A DNA stretch of 37,866 bases from the NCBI GenBank assembly GCA_008080735.1, contig SHMW01000038.1, forward strand, positions 1 to 37,866. The letters run 5' to 3'. The position numbers and the translations under genes were made by a program. The first letter of the stretch is position 1. Every line of letters begins with the position of its first letter. The notes below the pieces were generated by a model. That model worked only from the letters and a program-made list of their open reading frames with translations. It had not been told where the DNA came from and searched no databases. Shown piece by piece: positions 1 through 9,542 of the stretch. This stretch comes from Promethearchaeota archaeon. Its GTDB lineage: Archaea > Asgardarchaeota > Lokiarchaeia > Sigyniarchaeales > SOKP01.

Positions 1-327
1 GGAAGATTTCCACCATCTATCGCTACTAGATTTTCGGAGGAATTTTTAGAATTGATTAAACCTTTGGATTCATACTCCGTGATCGTGGATCTACTTGATG
101 CTGTTTTCTTAAAGTTAAGCTCCATTGAGATTATCCTAAAATTACTTAAAGAAACAAGTAGAAATCTGGAAAAATCAGCTTTCGTAATACCTTTTAATCC
201 CCCTTTAAAGGAAGAAATAAAATATGTTTTGGAAAAAGCTAAATCTTCAAAAAGAAAAATTGTCCAAACCTTAGACGAGGCAAAGGAGTGGACTGGAATT
301 AGCCAAATTATTATAAAAAAAGATTAA
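1..327 (+). CDS. 5'-truncated hypothetical protein, STAS/SpoIIAA-like
   Basis: Frame 1 is open from base 1 (GRFPPSIATRFSEEFLELIKP...), so the ORF runs off the window edge. The pattern VIVDL...KSAFVI...IVQTLDEAKEW resembles SpoIIAA-like domains. Confidence 0.5.
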   Translation, partial: GRFPPSIATRFSEEFLELIKPLDSYSVIVDLLDAVFLKLSSIEIILKLLKETSRNLEKSAFVIPFNPPLKEEIKYVLEKAKSSKRKIVQTLDEAKEWTGISQIIIKKD

Positions 328-1145
328 ATTTCTGTTTCTTTTCTAAAAGCGGTCAATAAAAAAACACCGATAATAATGACTGCGATTCCGCCTATCTGAA
401 TTAATAAAATTTCTTCACTAAGAGAAATTACCCCTAAAATAATTGAGAGTATTATACTCACTGATGTGAAACAAGGAATAACGCGGTTAGCTTTAGATTT
501 TGCAAACGCAAATTGCGTGAGAAGTAAGGTAAGCGTAGCCAGTATTAATGTTAGAATCCCAAATACGATCGTGAGAGTAATGTCTGGGGCAGAAGTTATC
601 CGCTTTGATACGGTTTGAAACGCCATTAAAGATCCCGCGGCGCCTCCTATTATTAATCCAGACGCAATATAGTCATTTGCCCGTGAAAATAATATTAGAA
701 CAATCTCAATACCTAATATTACAATAGAAATTATTAAAAGACTTAAAGCGTTAAAATCAGTCGATTGGAACGTACCCGTATTGGGATTGAAAGCGGTAAT
801 TAAGACTACACCAATAATAATTCCGATAATTCCTAATATTTCTATCATAGAGATATCTTCTTTCAAGATAAAATATGAGAATAATATAAAAATAACTAAG
901 CCATAACCCTCTAACGGTGCTATAATATTAATCGGGGCGAAAAGAAGGGCAACCCACTGAATAAACATATAAATTGAAGTTAAAATTGTGCCGAAAATCC
1001 ATATACCTGAACTTTTGCTTTTTATCTTTTTATCAACTTTTAATCCTTCAATTGCATACTTTTGAATTCCTTTCCCAATATTTTGTATAGTGTAGGCTAT
1101 AATTCCAATAATAAGACCAATAAGTATATCTTGATTAAGCGCCAT
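324..1145 (-). CDS. DMT-superfamily membrane transporter, NIPA Mg2+ transporter-like
   Basis: About 9 hydrophobic helices; G-x-x-IQK in TM1 and ALLFAPINIIAPLEGYGLV...FILKE match the DMT/NIPA pattern. Confidence 0.75.
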   Translation of the reverse strand: MALNQDILIGLIIGIIAYTIQNIGKGIQKYAIEGLKVDKKIKSKSSGIWIFGTILTSIYMFIQWVALLFAPINIIAPLEGYGLVIFILFSYFILKEDISMIEILGIIGIIIGVVLITAFNPNTGTFQSTDFNALSLLIISIVILGIEIVLILFSRANDYIASGLIIGGAAGSLMAFQTVSKRITSAPDITLTIVFGILTLILATLTLLLTQFAFAKSKANRVIPCFTSVSIILSIILGVISLSEEILLIQIGGIAVIIIGVFLLTAFRKETEI

Positions 1146-1178
1146 AGTAATTTCACTCTCCTTTTTATTATACTTAAG

Positions 1179-1532
1179 CTAAAATGTTATTATTGTGTAT
1201 CCTTGCTCAATATATTTTCCAATACTTGGATGACCACTCATCTCGTCGCAGGTTGGAAAACCCATTTCATTTACTTTTTCCAAAGTCTCCATTTTATTAG
1301 AACAAGCTTTGCAGAAGCAATCAATCAATCCCGAATCTTTGAGCTTTTTATAAAAACTATACATTGGATTTGACTCGTTTTCAAACTCTCCCGCAAGTTT
1401 ACAAGCCGAGCCTTCAATAATAACCTTCACATCATAGCCTTTCTCATCCATATCAAGCGCATTCAATATAACATGAATAAAACACATAGGATCACCATTA
1501 AACGCATACAGAGCAAATTTTTTATCTGCCAT
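1179..1532 (-). CDS. DsrE/DsrF-like small cytoplasmic protein
   Basis: FAFNGDPMCFIHVILNALDM-type N-terminus, VIIEG, CKACS, and GHPS...GY-x-IITF C-terminus. Confidence 0.8.
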   Translation of the reverse strand: MADKKFALYAFNGDPMCFIHVILNALDMDEKGYDVKVIIEGSACKLAGEFENESNPMYSFYKKLKDSGLIDCFCKACSNKMETLEKVNEMGFPTCDEMSGHPSIGKYIEQGYTIITF

Positions 1533-1688
1533 ATAATTCTAACCTTTTTAGAAGTTTTAATCTATATTTATTTGAGCTTGTATATAATCTTTATTTTTGT
1601 ATTTCACTCTATTTAATCTTGTAATCTTTATGTGAATATATTCCAGTAAATTGAAAGATTTAAACTTGAATGAAAAATTGTTGTATCT

Positions 1689-2072
1689 ATGAAGAAGAAA
1701 CGCTTGACACCATCATTTTTGGAGAAATATGAGATATACGACTTTTCGAGAATTAAGGAAGAGAAAGTCTTTTTAGTGGGTTCAATAACGAAGGCAAAGG
1801 AATATTTTATTGAAATCGAATCCATCCTTCAAATTTCGCATCAAAAATTAGTTTCTATATGTTCGGTAGATGGACTTCTGAATAAAGAAAAATTTTCCGA
1901 GGATGAATGGGATCAACTCCAGTCGATAGCTCTGCGAAAATTACAGCAAGAAGATGCGATATTGGTATTGGATGCGGAGCAATATATTGGAGAACAATCT
2001 AAAGAGGAAATACAATATTTTGCCAATATTCTAAAAAGACCGATATATTACCTTTCAAATTTAAAAAGATGA
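1689..2072 (+). CDS. Nucleoside 2-deoxyribosyltransferase-like fold protein
   Basis: VFLVGS, RKL...DAILVLD...YIGEQSKEEIQY and RPIYYL follow the NDT/DUF4406-like pattern. Confidence 0.55.
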   Translation: MKKKRLTPSFLEKYEIYDFSRIKEEKVFLVGSITKAKEYFIEIESILQISHQKLVSICSVDGLLNKEKFSEDEWDQLQSIALRKLQQEDAILVLDAEQYIGEQSKEEIQYFANILKRPIYYLSNLKR

Positions 2073-2486
2073 TATTTTATTAATTTTTGACTCCACTAAT
2101 TTTATCACTTTTTCTGCCAACAAACTAGCATCAAGTGCCTCCTCAGGATCATCATAAAATTTAGATGGAATTCCCCCTGGTAATCCACTTGGATATCGAG
2201 TGGATATATAATATTGATCCAATTTTTTTGATTTTTGAACGGTTTCAAAATCTTTATCAAATTTAATAACAGAATCTAATAATTCGGCTATGGAATGTGT
2301 ATATAATATCTTAATTGATTTGATATGTAAATAGAGAAATGCTTTTAATGCTTTTTCTGCTGCTTGTTGAAAATGAAAGAGCGCTAAGTAATACCTCTCC
2401 ATCTTTCTCAAGGTATCCGCATCTCGAAACTCATCTTTAGCTTGGATGAACCATCTTTCAGCTTCTTCTTCACTCGGTCGTTTCAT
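2061..2486 (-). CDS. HEPN domain protein (COG2250-type), partner of the upstream MNT
   Basis: W-x-x-QA-x-DE, FHFQQAAEKALKA, THSI-x-EL and YISTRYP. ATG at 2486 (MKRPSEE) is chosen as start; it overlaps the MNT stop. Confidence 0.9.
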   Translation of the reverse strand: MKRPSEEEAERWFIQAKDEFRDADTLRKMERYYLALFHFQQAAEKALKAFLYLHIKSIKILYTHSIAELLDSVIKFDKDFETVQKSKKLDQYYISTRYPSGLPGGIPSKFYDDPEEALDASLLAEKVIKLVESKINKISSF

Positions 2487-2826
2487 AAATTTTTTTTCCA
2501 TTTTTTATTATATTATCTAAAAAAGAACTTTTAGGAAGCATATTTCCGAAATCCTCTTCGTTAAATATTACCAAATCTGTAGCGATTCTTCTCTCTAGAT
2601 TACTATAAATCAAATTTATCCACTCTTTCGTAGTTTTTGAATTTGGCATAATAACCAATAAATCAAGATCGCTATAAAGATCAATATTATCTTCATTAAA
2701 AGAGCCAAAAAAAAATACCTTTATAACTCCAATTTTTTTAAGCTGATTCAGAATATTATTAAGTGCTTTTTGGAGGTTTTTTTTTCTCGTTTTTTTTGCT
2801 TTTCTTATCGATGCAAGATTTACCAT
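2470..2826 (-). CDS. Minimal nucleotidyltransferase (MNT) of an MNT-HEPN pair
   Basis: FFFGS-x10-DLD polymerase-beta motif, a third Asp in TDLVI and a C-terminal GKKIYE; overlaps the HEPN gene. Confidence 0.9.
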   Translation of the reverse strand: MVNLASIRKAKKTRKKNLQKALNNILNQLKKIGVIKVFFFGSFNEDNIDLYSDLDLLVIMPNSKTTKEWINLIYSNLERRIATDLVIFNEEDFGNMLPKSSFLDNIIKNGKKIYETTE

Positions 2827-3007
2827 AGAAATGTACCATTGAATGTTCTGGAGGATTAATCCTAATGATTAAATATTTATCAACTATTAAAATTTATATA
2901 TTCTATTCAGATTTGCTTTCGGATTCTAGGAAAATTTTTTTTGATTATGAGTATTAATTTGCATAAGATAGGCTAAATCAAAAATTAGCTTTTGATTAAA
3001 CTAAATT

Positions 3008-3784
3008 ATGTTATTAAATTACTTCATAGGCACGGCGGGTTCTGGAAAGTCCTCTCTAACCGCAAATCTTAAAAATTATATTCTAAATCGAAATCCTGAA
3101 GTTTCGGTTGTGACTCTTAATTTGGACCCGGGAGTTAAAAATATGCCTTATATACCCGATGTTGATATACGAGATTATCTCGTGCTTGAGGAAGTTATGG
3201 CAGAATATAATTTGGGTCCAAACGGAGCTATGATTCTCTCCTCTGATCTAATGATAAACTATATCGACGATCTTAAGTATGAAATCGATCAGTATAATCC
3301 CGATTGGGTTTTAGTGGACACAGCAGGTCAACTGGAATTATTTTCTTTTCGAGAAACGGGACCCTTAATTGCCAGCTCATTAGGAATTGGAGATGTGCAA
3401 AAATCCGTCTCATTTTTATTTGATTCCAACTTCGTGAAGAGACCTAACGGATTTGTATCAACTTTATTGTTGGCTGCTTCAGTCCAATTTCGATTTAAAG
3501 ATATTCCGCAGATTAATCTCCTTTCGAAATCCGATTTACTAGACGAGGATCAGATTGATATGATCCTTAATTGGAGTCAAGATTTCCTTGCTTTAGAAGA
3601 TTCTACAAATGAGCGTGAAAAAGGATTAATAAGAGAATTATCATTGTTGATATCTGATATTTTCATTCAGATGGGCTCAACAGCAGAACTGATTCCGTGC
3701 TCTACGGTGGATGAACATGCTCTCGATTTATTATTCGGATATTTACAGAGGGTTTTTAATTCGGATCAATCACAATTTTATTGA
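3008..3784 (+). CDS. GPN-loop GTPase
   Basis: GTAGSGKS P-loop, NLDPG, LGPNGA (GPN loop), DTAGQLELF and SKSD. Confidence 0.95.
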   Translation: MLLNYFIGTAGSGKSSLTANLKNYILNRNPEVSVVTLNLDPGVKNMPYIPDVDIRDYLVLEEVMAEYNLGPNGAMILSSDLMINYIDDLKYEIDQYNPDWVLVDTAGQLELFSFRETGPLIASSLGIGDVQKSVSFLFDSNFVKRPNGFVSTLLLAASVQFRFKDIPQINLLSKSDLLDEDQIDMILNWSQDFLALEDSTNEREKGLIRELSLLISDIFIQMGSTAELIPCSTVDEHALDLLFGYLQRVFNSDQSQFY

Positions 3785-3842
3785 ATGAATAATTAGTATC
3801 TATAATTATTTATTAAAGCATAACTGCATTTCAATCGTATAT

Positions 3843-4940
3843 ATGAAGATTATTGGACCTATTGCGGGCATTGGTTCACGACTTCGCCCTTTTACATTAA
3901 GCAAACCAAAAGCTTTTATAAACGTAGCAGGAAAGACGGTTTTAGATCACATTTTAACCAAATTTCTAAATACATTCGATTCTAATACTGAACTTATCTT
4001 AATTGTAGGATATAAAAAACGCCAAATCATTGATTATGTAAAAAAACATTATTCTGATAAATTTCAGCTTACTTTTATTGAACAGATACCTCGAGGGTTT
4101 CAAGATAACGTGCCATTCTATTGGGGGCTCGGAGAGGCAGTATATTTAGCCCATAAGCGTTTTAAAAACGTAGAAATTAGAAATCCAGAAGATGACAAGC
4201 GGGAAGGATGCTTAATTTTCTTGGGAGATATGATCCTTTTAGATGAATATTCATATTTAATGTATCGTTATTATGAGTCTGATGTGGACGGAATAATCAC
4301 CGTAATGAAAGTTCCTAAGCAGGATGCGAGTTCTTATGGGATCGTTGATGTAGATGAGGATGGAATAATCAAGAAATTAATTGAAAAACCCAAAAGCTAT
4401 ATTTCCAATCTCGCTATCGCGGGAATTTATGCTTTTTCTTACCATGCATCCCAATCTCTGTTTAACCATCTCAAAAATAAATTAGAGACACGAAAAAAAG
4501 AAAATAAAGAGATATATTTAACCGAAAGTTTGCAAGATTTAGTTGATGAGGGATACAAAATCGCTGCGGTGGAACTTAAAAAGGGTATTTTGGATTTTGG
4601 AAAACCGGTATCATTATTGAAAGGAAATAAATACCTCTTAGAACAACAATCATATGATATAGAATATTTTCAGAACCGCGATGTTAAAATTGAGAAATCC
4701 TTAGTAAAAAATCCTTCTTATATTGGAAAAAATACTCAGATTGTTAACAGCATAATTGGACCCTTTGCGTCTATTGGCAAAAATTGTAACATCAAAAATT
4801 CAATCATAGAGAATTGTGTAATTGAAAAGAACACGCAACTTACCAATATTATTACCGAAAACTCCATTATTGGGAGCAACGTCTGTATTGATAGTATCTC
4901 CAAAAAAAATTTAATTATTGGAGATAAATGTGTTTACTAG
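3843..4940 (+). CDS. Sugar-1-phosphate nucleotidyltransferase with C-terminal left-handed beta-helix
   Basis: AGIGSRLRPFT...PK, LGD, YGIV, IEKP, AGIY and DFGK, followed by hexapeptide repeats (NSIIGPFASIGKNCNIKNSII). Confidence 0.9.
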   Translation: MKIIGPIAGIGSRLRPFTLSKPKAFINVAGKTVLDHILTKFLNTFDSNTELILIVGYKKRQIIDYVKKHYSDKFQLTFIEQIPRGFQDNVPFYWGLGEAVYLAHKRFKNVEIRNPEDDKREGCLIFLGDMILLDEYSYLMYRYYESDVDGIITVMKVPKQDASSYGIVDVDEDGIIKKLIEKPKSYISNLAIAGIYAFSYHASQSLFNHLKNKLETRKKENKEIYLTESLQDLVDEGYKIAAVELKKGILDFGKPVSLLKGNKYLLEQQSYDIEYFQNRDVKIEKSLVKNPSYIGKNTQIVNSIIGPFASIGKNCNIKNSIIENCVIEKNTQLTNIITENSIIGSNVCIDSISKKNLIIGDKCVY

Positions 4941-5060
4941 TTTTTTCTTTACTATTTTTATAAATATCATAGATATTTTAATATCTAAAACCTCTTAGTA
5001 ACATTAATATAATTTTTTTAAATTATTGAATCCTTAATAGTTCTTAAAAAGGGAATAAAT

Positions 5061-6455
5061 ATGAAAACATTTATAGCATTTGATACTGGTCATAAGGAAC
5101 GCGGAAAACTCACCGAAAATTATACTCAACTCAAGGAATTATTAGAAGCAAATGATTTTGCCTGTCATGAATATTTTGAGACTTCGATAACTCAAGAGTC
5201 TCTGGAAGGGTATGATATTTTGGTGTTTGCATGTCCTGATTTTGCTAAAATTTCTAACAATGAGATGGTCGAAATAGAAAATTGGGTCAAACAAGATGGC
5301 GGTGGGCTACTCCTTTTATCTCACGCAGGCGGAGATAAGGGAAGAAGTAGCAATTTAAGTGAAATGAGTGAAATTTTTGGTATAACCTTTGAGAATGACC
5401 AAGTACTTGATAAACAACAAAATATTGGATTGGAAAATTTACCGATTATTACGAATTTTACTCCGCCTCATCCAATTACTACTGGACTTTCTAAGATTTG
5501 TTATAGGGCAGGCTGTTCTCTTTCTGTGATTGGTGCGGCGATTCCAGTTGCAATTTCTAATGAATCTTCGGACCCATTCTCTTCACCCCTTATATGCGTC
5601 TCTGAACCGGAAAAAGGGAGGGTATGTTGCAGCGGAAGCTATGAGATGTTTCGCGATAAGATTGGTGGCGGACTTCAATATGAAACACACACAGATCTGG
5701 CATTAAATATATTCAGCTGGTTAGTTTCGGAATATAGGGCAGATATGAAAACATTAGGTGAGTATGAAGCACCGGAAACTCAAGATTCGGAATTTGGTAC
5801 TTCAGAGATGGATTTAGGATCAACCTTAAGGGAAAAGGCATTAGGAGAAGTTCCAGCTATAAAGTTGAAAACTGAGATAAGGATATCAGACAAAAGCGAT
5901 TTAATGAAACTTTTACATGAATATCTTGCTCAGATAAACCATATGAAAAATACCATAGAAAAGCTTATAGAACTAGCATCGGTTTCTGAGGATGATATTG
6001 TGGAACTTCATAAGGAAAAAGAAGAAGAAACTGTAGAAATTGAATCTAAAGAAGAAGAAGTATCTGAGGATATGGCACAACCTATGTTTAGTGATGAGGA
6101 TTTCGAATCATTAAAGAAGGAAAAAAAGCCAGCAACTAGCACCGAGGAAAAAAAGAAAACTAAGGATAAATCAGGACTAGAAGAGGAACTGACTGAAGAA
6201 ATAGAAGAGGAAATCGAGGAAGAAGAGGAAGATATAGATATTGAAAATCGGCGGGAAGAATTAGAAGCGGAAGTAGGAAGCTTGGAGAAAAAATTAAAAT
6301 CGGTATTAAATCTCTTGGAATTTATTGAGAAAAACTACATCTCGGGTAAAATGGACGAGGATACCTACAATAAACAAAAGAAGAAACTCAATAAAGAAAT
6401 ACAAAAAATCAGAAAAAGAATAGGAAAGATTACCTCAGCCTTAGAAAAGGATTAA
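5061..6455 (+). CDS. GIFT (GldG/IFT52-like, DUF4350-like) domain protein with acidic linker and C-terminal helical hairpin
   Basis: N-terminus IAFD-x-GH-x-E, ITQESLEGYDILVFACP, WVKQDGGGLLLL, NLSEM-x-x-x-FGITFEND-x-V and HPITTG; Glu-rich low-complexity middle; coiled-coil C-terminus. Confidence 0.7.
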   Translation: MKTFIAFDTGHKERGKLTENYTQLKELLEANDFACHEYFETSITQESLEGYDILVFACPDFAKISNNEMVEIENWVKQDGGGLLLLSHAGGDKGRSSNLSEMSEIFGITFENDQVLDKQQNIGLENLPIITNFTPPHPITTGLSKICYRAGCSLSVIGAAIPVAISNESSDPFSSPLICVSEPEKGRVCCSGSYEMFRDKIGGGLQYETHTDLALNIFSWLVSEYRADMKTLGEYEAPETQDSEFGTSEMDLGSTLREKALGEVPAIKLKTEIRISDKSDLMKLLHEYLAQINHMKNTIEKLIELASVSEDDIVELHKEKEEETVEIESKEEEVSEDMAQPMFSDEDFESLKKEKKPATSTEEKKKTKDKSGLEEELTEEIEEEIEEEEEDIDIENRREELEAEVGSLEKKLKSVLNLLEFIEKNYISGKMDEDTYNKQKKKLNKEIQKIRKRIGKITSALEKD

Positions 6456-7795
6456 CTTTTATTTTCATTCTGTTTTTTACTCTTGGGCCGAAATTCTTCC
6501 GGAACAAAAGGTTGAGCATATTTATTTACAATATTAAAGAATTCTTTATCACTTAATCCTTTTGTAATATTATCCAATTCATCCTTAATAATATGAAATG
6601 ATTTTCTGATTTCTTCTTTTGATTTTGATTCATGCTTTTGCTTGACTTCAGTAACGATTTTTTTGATGATCTCATCTGGAATACATTCCAAATCGAGCAC
6701 TTTTAGTTTTTGTTTTAATGCGTGCATAATTGATTTCGAACCAGAAAACTTTCCTAGATAAAATTTTCTCCTCCTTCCGACCATCTTCGGATTAATAGGT
6801 TCATATGTTAACGGATGTGCAAGAATTGCCGCAATATGGAGCCCACTTTCATGACTAAATGCATAATCCCCTACGATTGGCTTGTATTGAGAAATTGGTT
6901 GGCAAAAATATTCTTCACATACAGTACTTAATTCAGGTAATTTAGTCAAATCTATTCCTGTGCTAACTCCCATACGCTCCAAGATGGTCACAACTTCCTC
7001 GAGAGCCGCATTTCCCGCTCTTTCTCCATAACCATTTATACAGGTATGAGGATATTGACATCCTTCAAACACGCCCATCACTGTATTAGCAACTGCTAAA
7101 CCAAAATCATTGTGAGTGTGAATACCCATCGGAATATCTTTTTTCATAGGTTTGACTACCTCATCCCGGATTTTGCTAATTAGATAGCTTGCGGATGGTG
7201 GTGTGAGTACCCCTACAGTATCTCCAATAACGATGCGCTCAGCACCCGCCTTAATTGCAGTTTGAAAAACATTTTTAAGGTGATCGAATTCTGCTCTTGT
7301 GCCGTCTTCAGAAACCCAGTTGACTTTAAACCCATTATCTTTCGCATAGTTAATTGCGGAAGTGATTTGTTGAAGCTCATCTTCTTTGCTTAATTTCAAG
7401 GTTTTCATAAAGATTGGAGATACGGGCATAAATACAACGATTTCTTTCAAATCCGCATCAATACACGCATCAATATCTTCCTTTTTAGGACGAGCTATTC
7501 CCACGATGGATGAATTTTTACAGTCCTCATTTACGATAGTCTTTACAATATTTTTCTCGCTTTCGGATACTGCTGGAAACCCTACTGCGATAATTTTTAC
7601 CCCGATTTCGTCCATCATTTTTGCTAAATGTATCTTTTCATCAAGAGTTAGATACACTGTAGGGCTTTGTTCTCCATCTCTTAAGGTTTCATCCCATATA
7701 CATACCTTCTTAGGAAGATCATATTCTTTAAGGGCAATTTCATTATAATCTACTAAAAGTTCTTTCAATTCTTCTTTACTGAACTTGTAAGACAT
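6452..7795 (-). CDS. DRE-TIM acyl-CoA condensing enzyme (AksA/homocitrate, citramalate or isopropylmalate synthase family)
   Basis: DETLRDGEQ, GFPAVS, DTVG, HTHNDFGLA, GYGERAGNA and AFSHESGLH; no obvious LeuA regulatory domain. ATG at 7795 is chosen as start. Confidence 0.88.
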   Translation of the reverse strand: MSYKFSKEELKELLVDYNEIALKEYDLPKKVCIWDETLRDGEQSPTVYLTLDEKIHLAKMMDEIGVKIIAVGFPAVSESEKNIVKTIVNEDCKNSSIVGIARPKKEDIDACIDADLKEIVVFMPVSPIFMKTLKLSKEDELQQITSAINYAKDNGFKVNWVSEDGTRAEFDHLKNVFQTAIKAGAERIVIGDTVGVLTPPSASYLISKIRDEVVKPMKKDIPMGIHTHNDFGLAVANTVMGVFEGCQYPHTCINGYGERAGNAALEEVVTILERMGVSTGIDLTKLPELSTVCEEYFCQPISQYKPIVGDYAFSHESGLHIAAILAHPLTYEPINPKMVGRRRKFYLGKFSGSKSIMHALKQKLKVLDLECIPDEIIKKIVTEVKQKHESKSKEEIRKSFHIIKDELDNITKGLSDKEFFNIVNKYAQPFVPEEFRPKSKKQNENKS

Positions 7796-8004
7796 AGTTA
7801 GAACCAATTAGGTTGAGAATGATATTTATATGAATAATTGACATTAAATAAATTAACTCATTTTAGCTAGTTTTTGAATGATTTTAAAAATTCCTACGTA
7901 GAAACATAATCATTTGGTTGAGTTTGGTTTTATCCTAACGATTAAGGTTATTTAATGAAGAAGAATGTGGGACTAAATCAAATTCATCTCTCATCTCAGA
8001 ATTC

Positions 8005-8415
8005 TCAAATAAAAAAAGAACAAAGATAAGAATTTTCATTGGATGTAATCACTTCGATGGTAAAAACTAAGAAAGTTATAAAGAAAAATAGATATCCTGC
8101 TGACAAACAAAGACTAGCTATTGTTGTCCATATAAGAGGGATCCATCCCTTCGGATCTAAAGTCCCAATTAGCGCATAATCTATAATTAGTGCGATATAG
8201 TATATTAAAGCGACCAGCAACACGGCAAAAATTAACACAGAGAGAAACGTTTTTCGATAAGTTTTTCCTGACAGTAAAATTTTATCCAATCCTAACAACC
8301 AAAAAATCAAAGCAACTGTGGATCCCCCTTGAACTGCATATGATAGCGTTAGATCTATTGCTATTCCTAATAATGCTAGAAGAATAAAGGATTGATAGAA
8401 ATTTAGGTTAAGAAA
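8005..8415 (-). CDS. Membrane protein, possibly a 5'-truncated remnant
   Basis: Hydrophobic ORF whose frame stays open upstream of the called TTG (8310) to 8415 (FLNLNFYQSFILLALLGIAIDLTLSYAVQGGSTVA...) without any ATG/GTG/TTG. Confidence 0.45.
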   Translation of the reverse strand, partial: FLNLNFYQSFILLALLGIAIDLTLSYAVQGGSTVALIFWLLGLDKILLSGKTYRKTFLSVLIFAVLLVALIYYIALIIDYALIGTLDPKGWIPLIWTTIASLCLSAGYLFFFITFLVFTIEVITSNENSYLCSFFI

Positions 8416-8430
8416 TTAATTTAACCTAAA
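8402..8430. repeat. Perfect 10-bp inverted repeat (possible hairpin/terminator) over the nucleoside hydrolase stop codon
   Basis: tttaggttaa (8402-8411) and ttaacctaaa (8421-8430) with a 9-nt spacer. Confidence 0.5.
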
Positions 8431-9374
8431 ATATGTTCAAGATACCAATTCATAAAGGAATTTGCGTCCACTTGCCATGCGATATTATGCGATGAATTTG
8501 GATCATAACTTACTATGGTTGCCCCACTTTCTTCAATAGCAATATTTATAGGTGTTTTTTGTGTAAAATCTTTTCCCAATGCTTCAGCAACCGTTAACGC
8601 GTCATGAAGACATGTAAAATTAATTTCGCGGTCTAATCTCCGAGATCTATAGGTTAGCCAAATATCCATCATATCTATTATGGCTTTATTGAGACCAGAA
8701 TAATAATCTCTTAAGGGTTCAATATCCTCATTGAATAAAACCACTTGAGTAGTCACATCATTTCCGATAAACGTGATTGGGATGTCTGCATCAAGTACTA
8801 CTTTAGCCGCTTCTACATCACTTCTGATATTATGACTGGGTATGGCGTGATATGTTTCATTAGGCTCAGGAAAACCTTCCGGAATGGGATCTAAAAATGT
8901 TATACCCGCGGACATGGACCAAATTCTCTTTATATGATCTTTAAAATGGGGATCTTCTTGAATTGCTGCTGCAATATTAGTAAATTGTCCTATGGAAATA
9001 ATTTCTAATTTTCCGGTATATTGCTTTGCTTTATCGATGATAAAATCGATTCCATTATCAATAATCCCCATATCGCCCGGGTCTATGCGAAATTCCTCTT
9101 CAGTAAGCACACCAAAGCCCTCTAATCCTGTTTTCCACATATATCCTCGCTTATCTATAGTTTTATCCCTCCCAATTGCAACTGGAATATCTTCATTTGC
9201 TAATAGAAGCATTTTCTTTGCAATTTTTGCTCGCAACGCAGCAATCGAATACATTGTGGTGATTCCTATCAATGGAACATTTTCAAGTCGAAGGTATAAC
9301 AATAGGGCCATAGCATCATCAATATCAGAACCTATGTCTGTGTCTAACAGAAAAAAGCGATTATTATTTTCCAT
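8421..9374 (-). CDS. Nucleoside hydrolase (inosine/uridine-preferring family)
   Basis: DTDIGSDIDDA Ca-binding motif, IGQFTNIA, HNIRSDVEAA and LHDAL. Confidence 0.9.
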   Translation of the reverse strand: MENNNRFFLLDTDIGSDIDDAMALLLYLRLENVPLIGITTMYSIAALRAKIAKKMLLLANEDIPVAIGRDKTIDKRGYMWKTGLEGFGVLTEEEFRIDPGDMGIIDNGIDFIIDKAKQYTGKLEIISIGQFTNIAAAIQEDPHFKDHIKRIWSMSAGITFLDPIPEGFPEPNETYHAIPSHNIRSDVEAAKVVLDADIPITFIGNDVTTQVVLFNEDIEPLRDYYSGLNKAIIDMMDIWLTYRSRRLDREINFTCLHDALTVAEALGKDFTQKTPINIAIEESGATIVSYDPNSSHNIAWQVDANSFMNWYLEHILG

Positions 9375-9542
9375 AATATTTTAATATTAGATTATAAGTT
9401 TTATCCGCTATGAATTCTGAATAAATAAAACAGTTTACACAATCCTAAGGAAAGGGGGAAATCTAAATTTAATCCTTTTAAAATGAAAGAGAGTTTGATT
9501 AAAATGATAAGATAAAAAAATAGAGAGCCTTTCGGAAAAAAT

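Noticed and set aside
6010-6270. GAA-rich tandem-like sequence as a repeat array
   Set aside because: It is explained by Glu-rich coding sequence; there is no fixed repeat unit or spacer structure.
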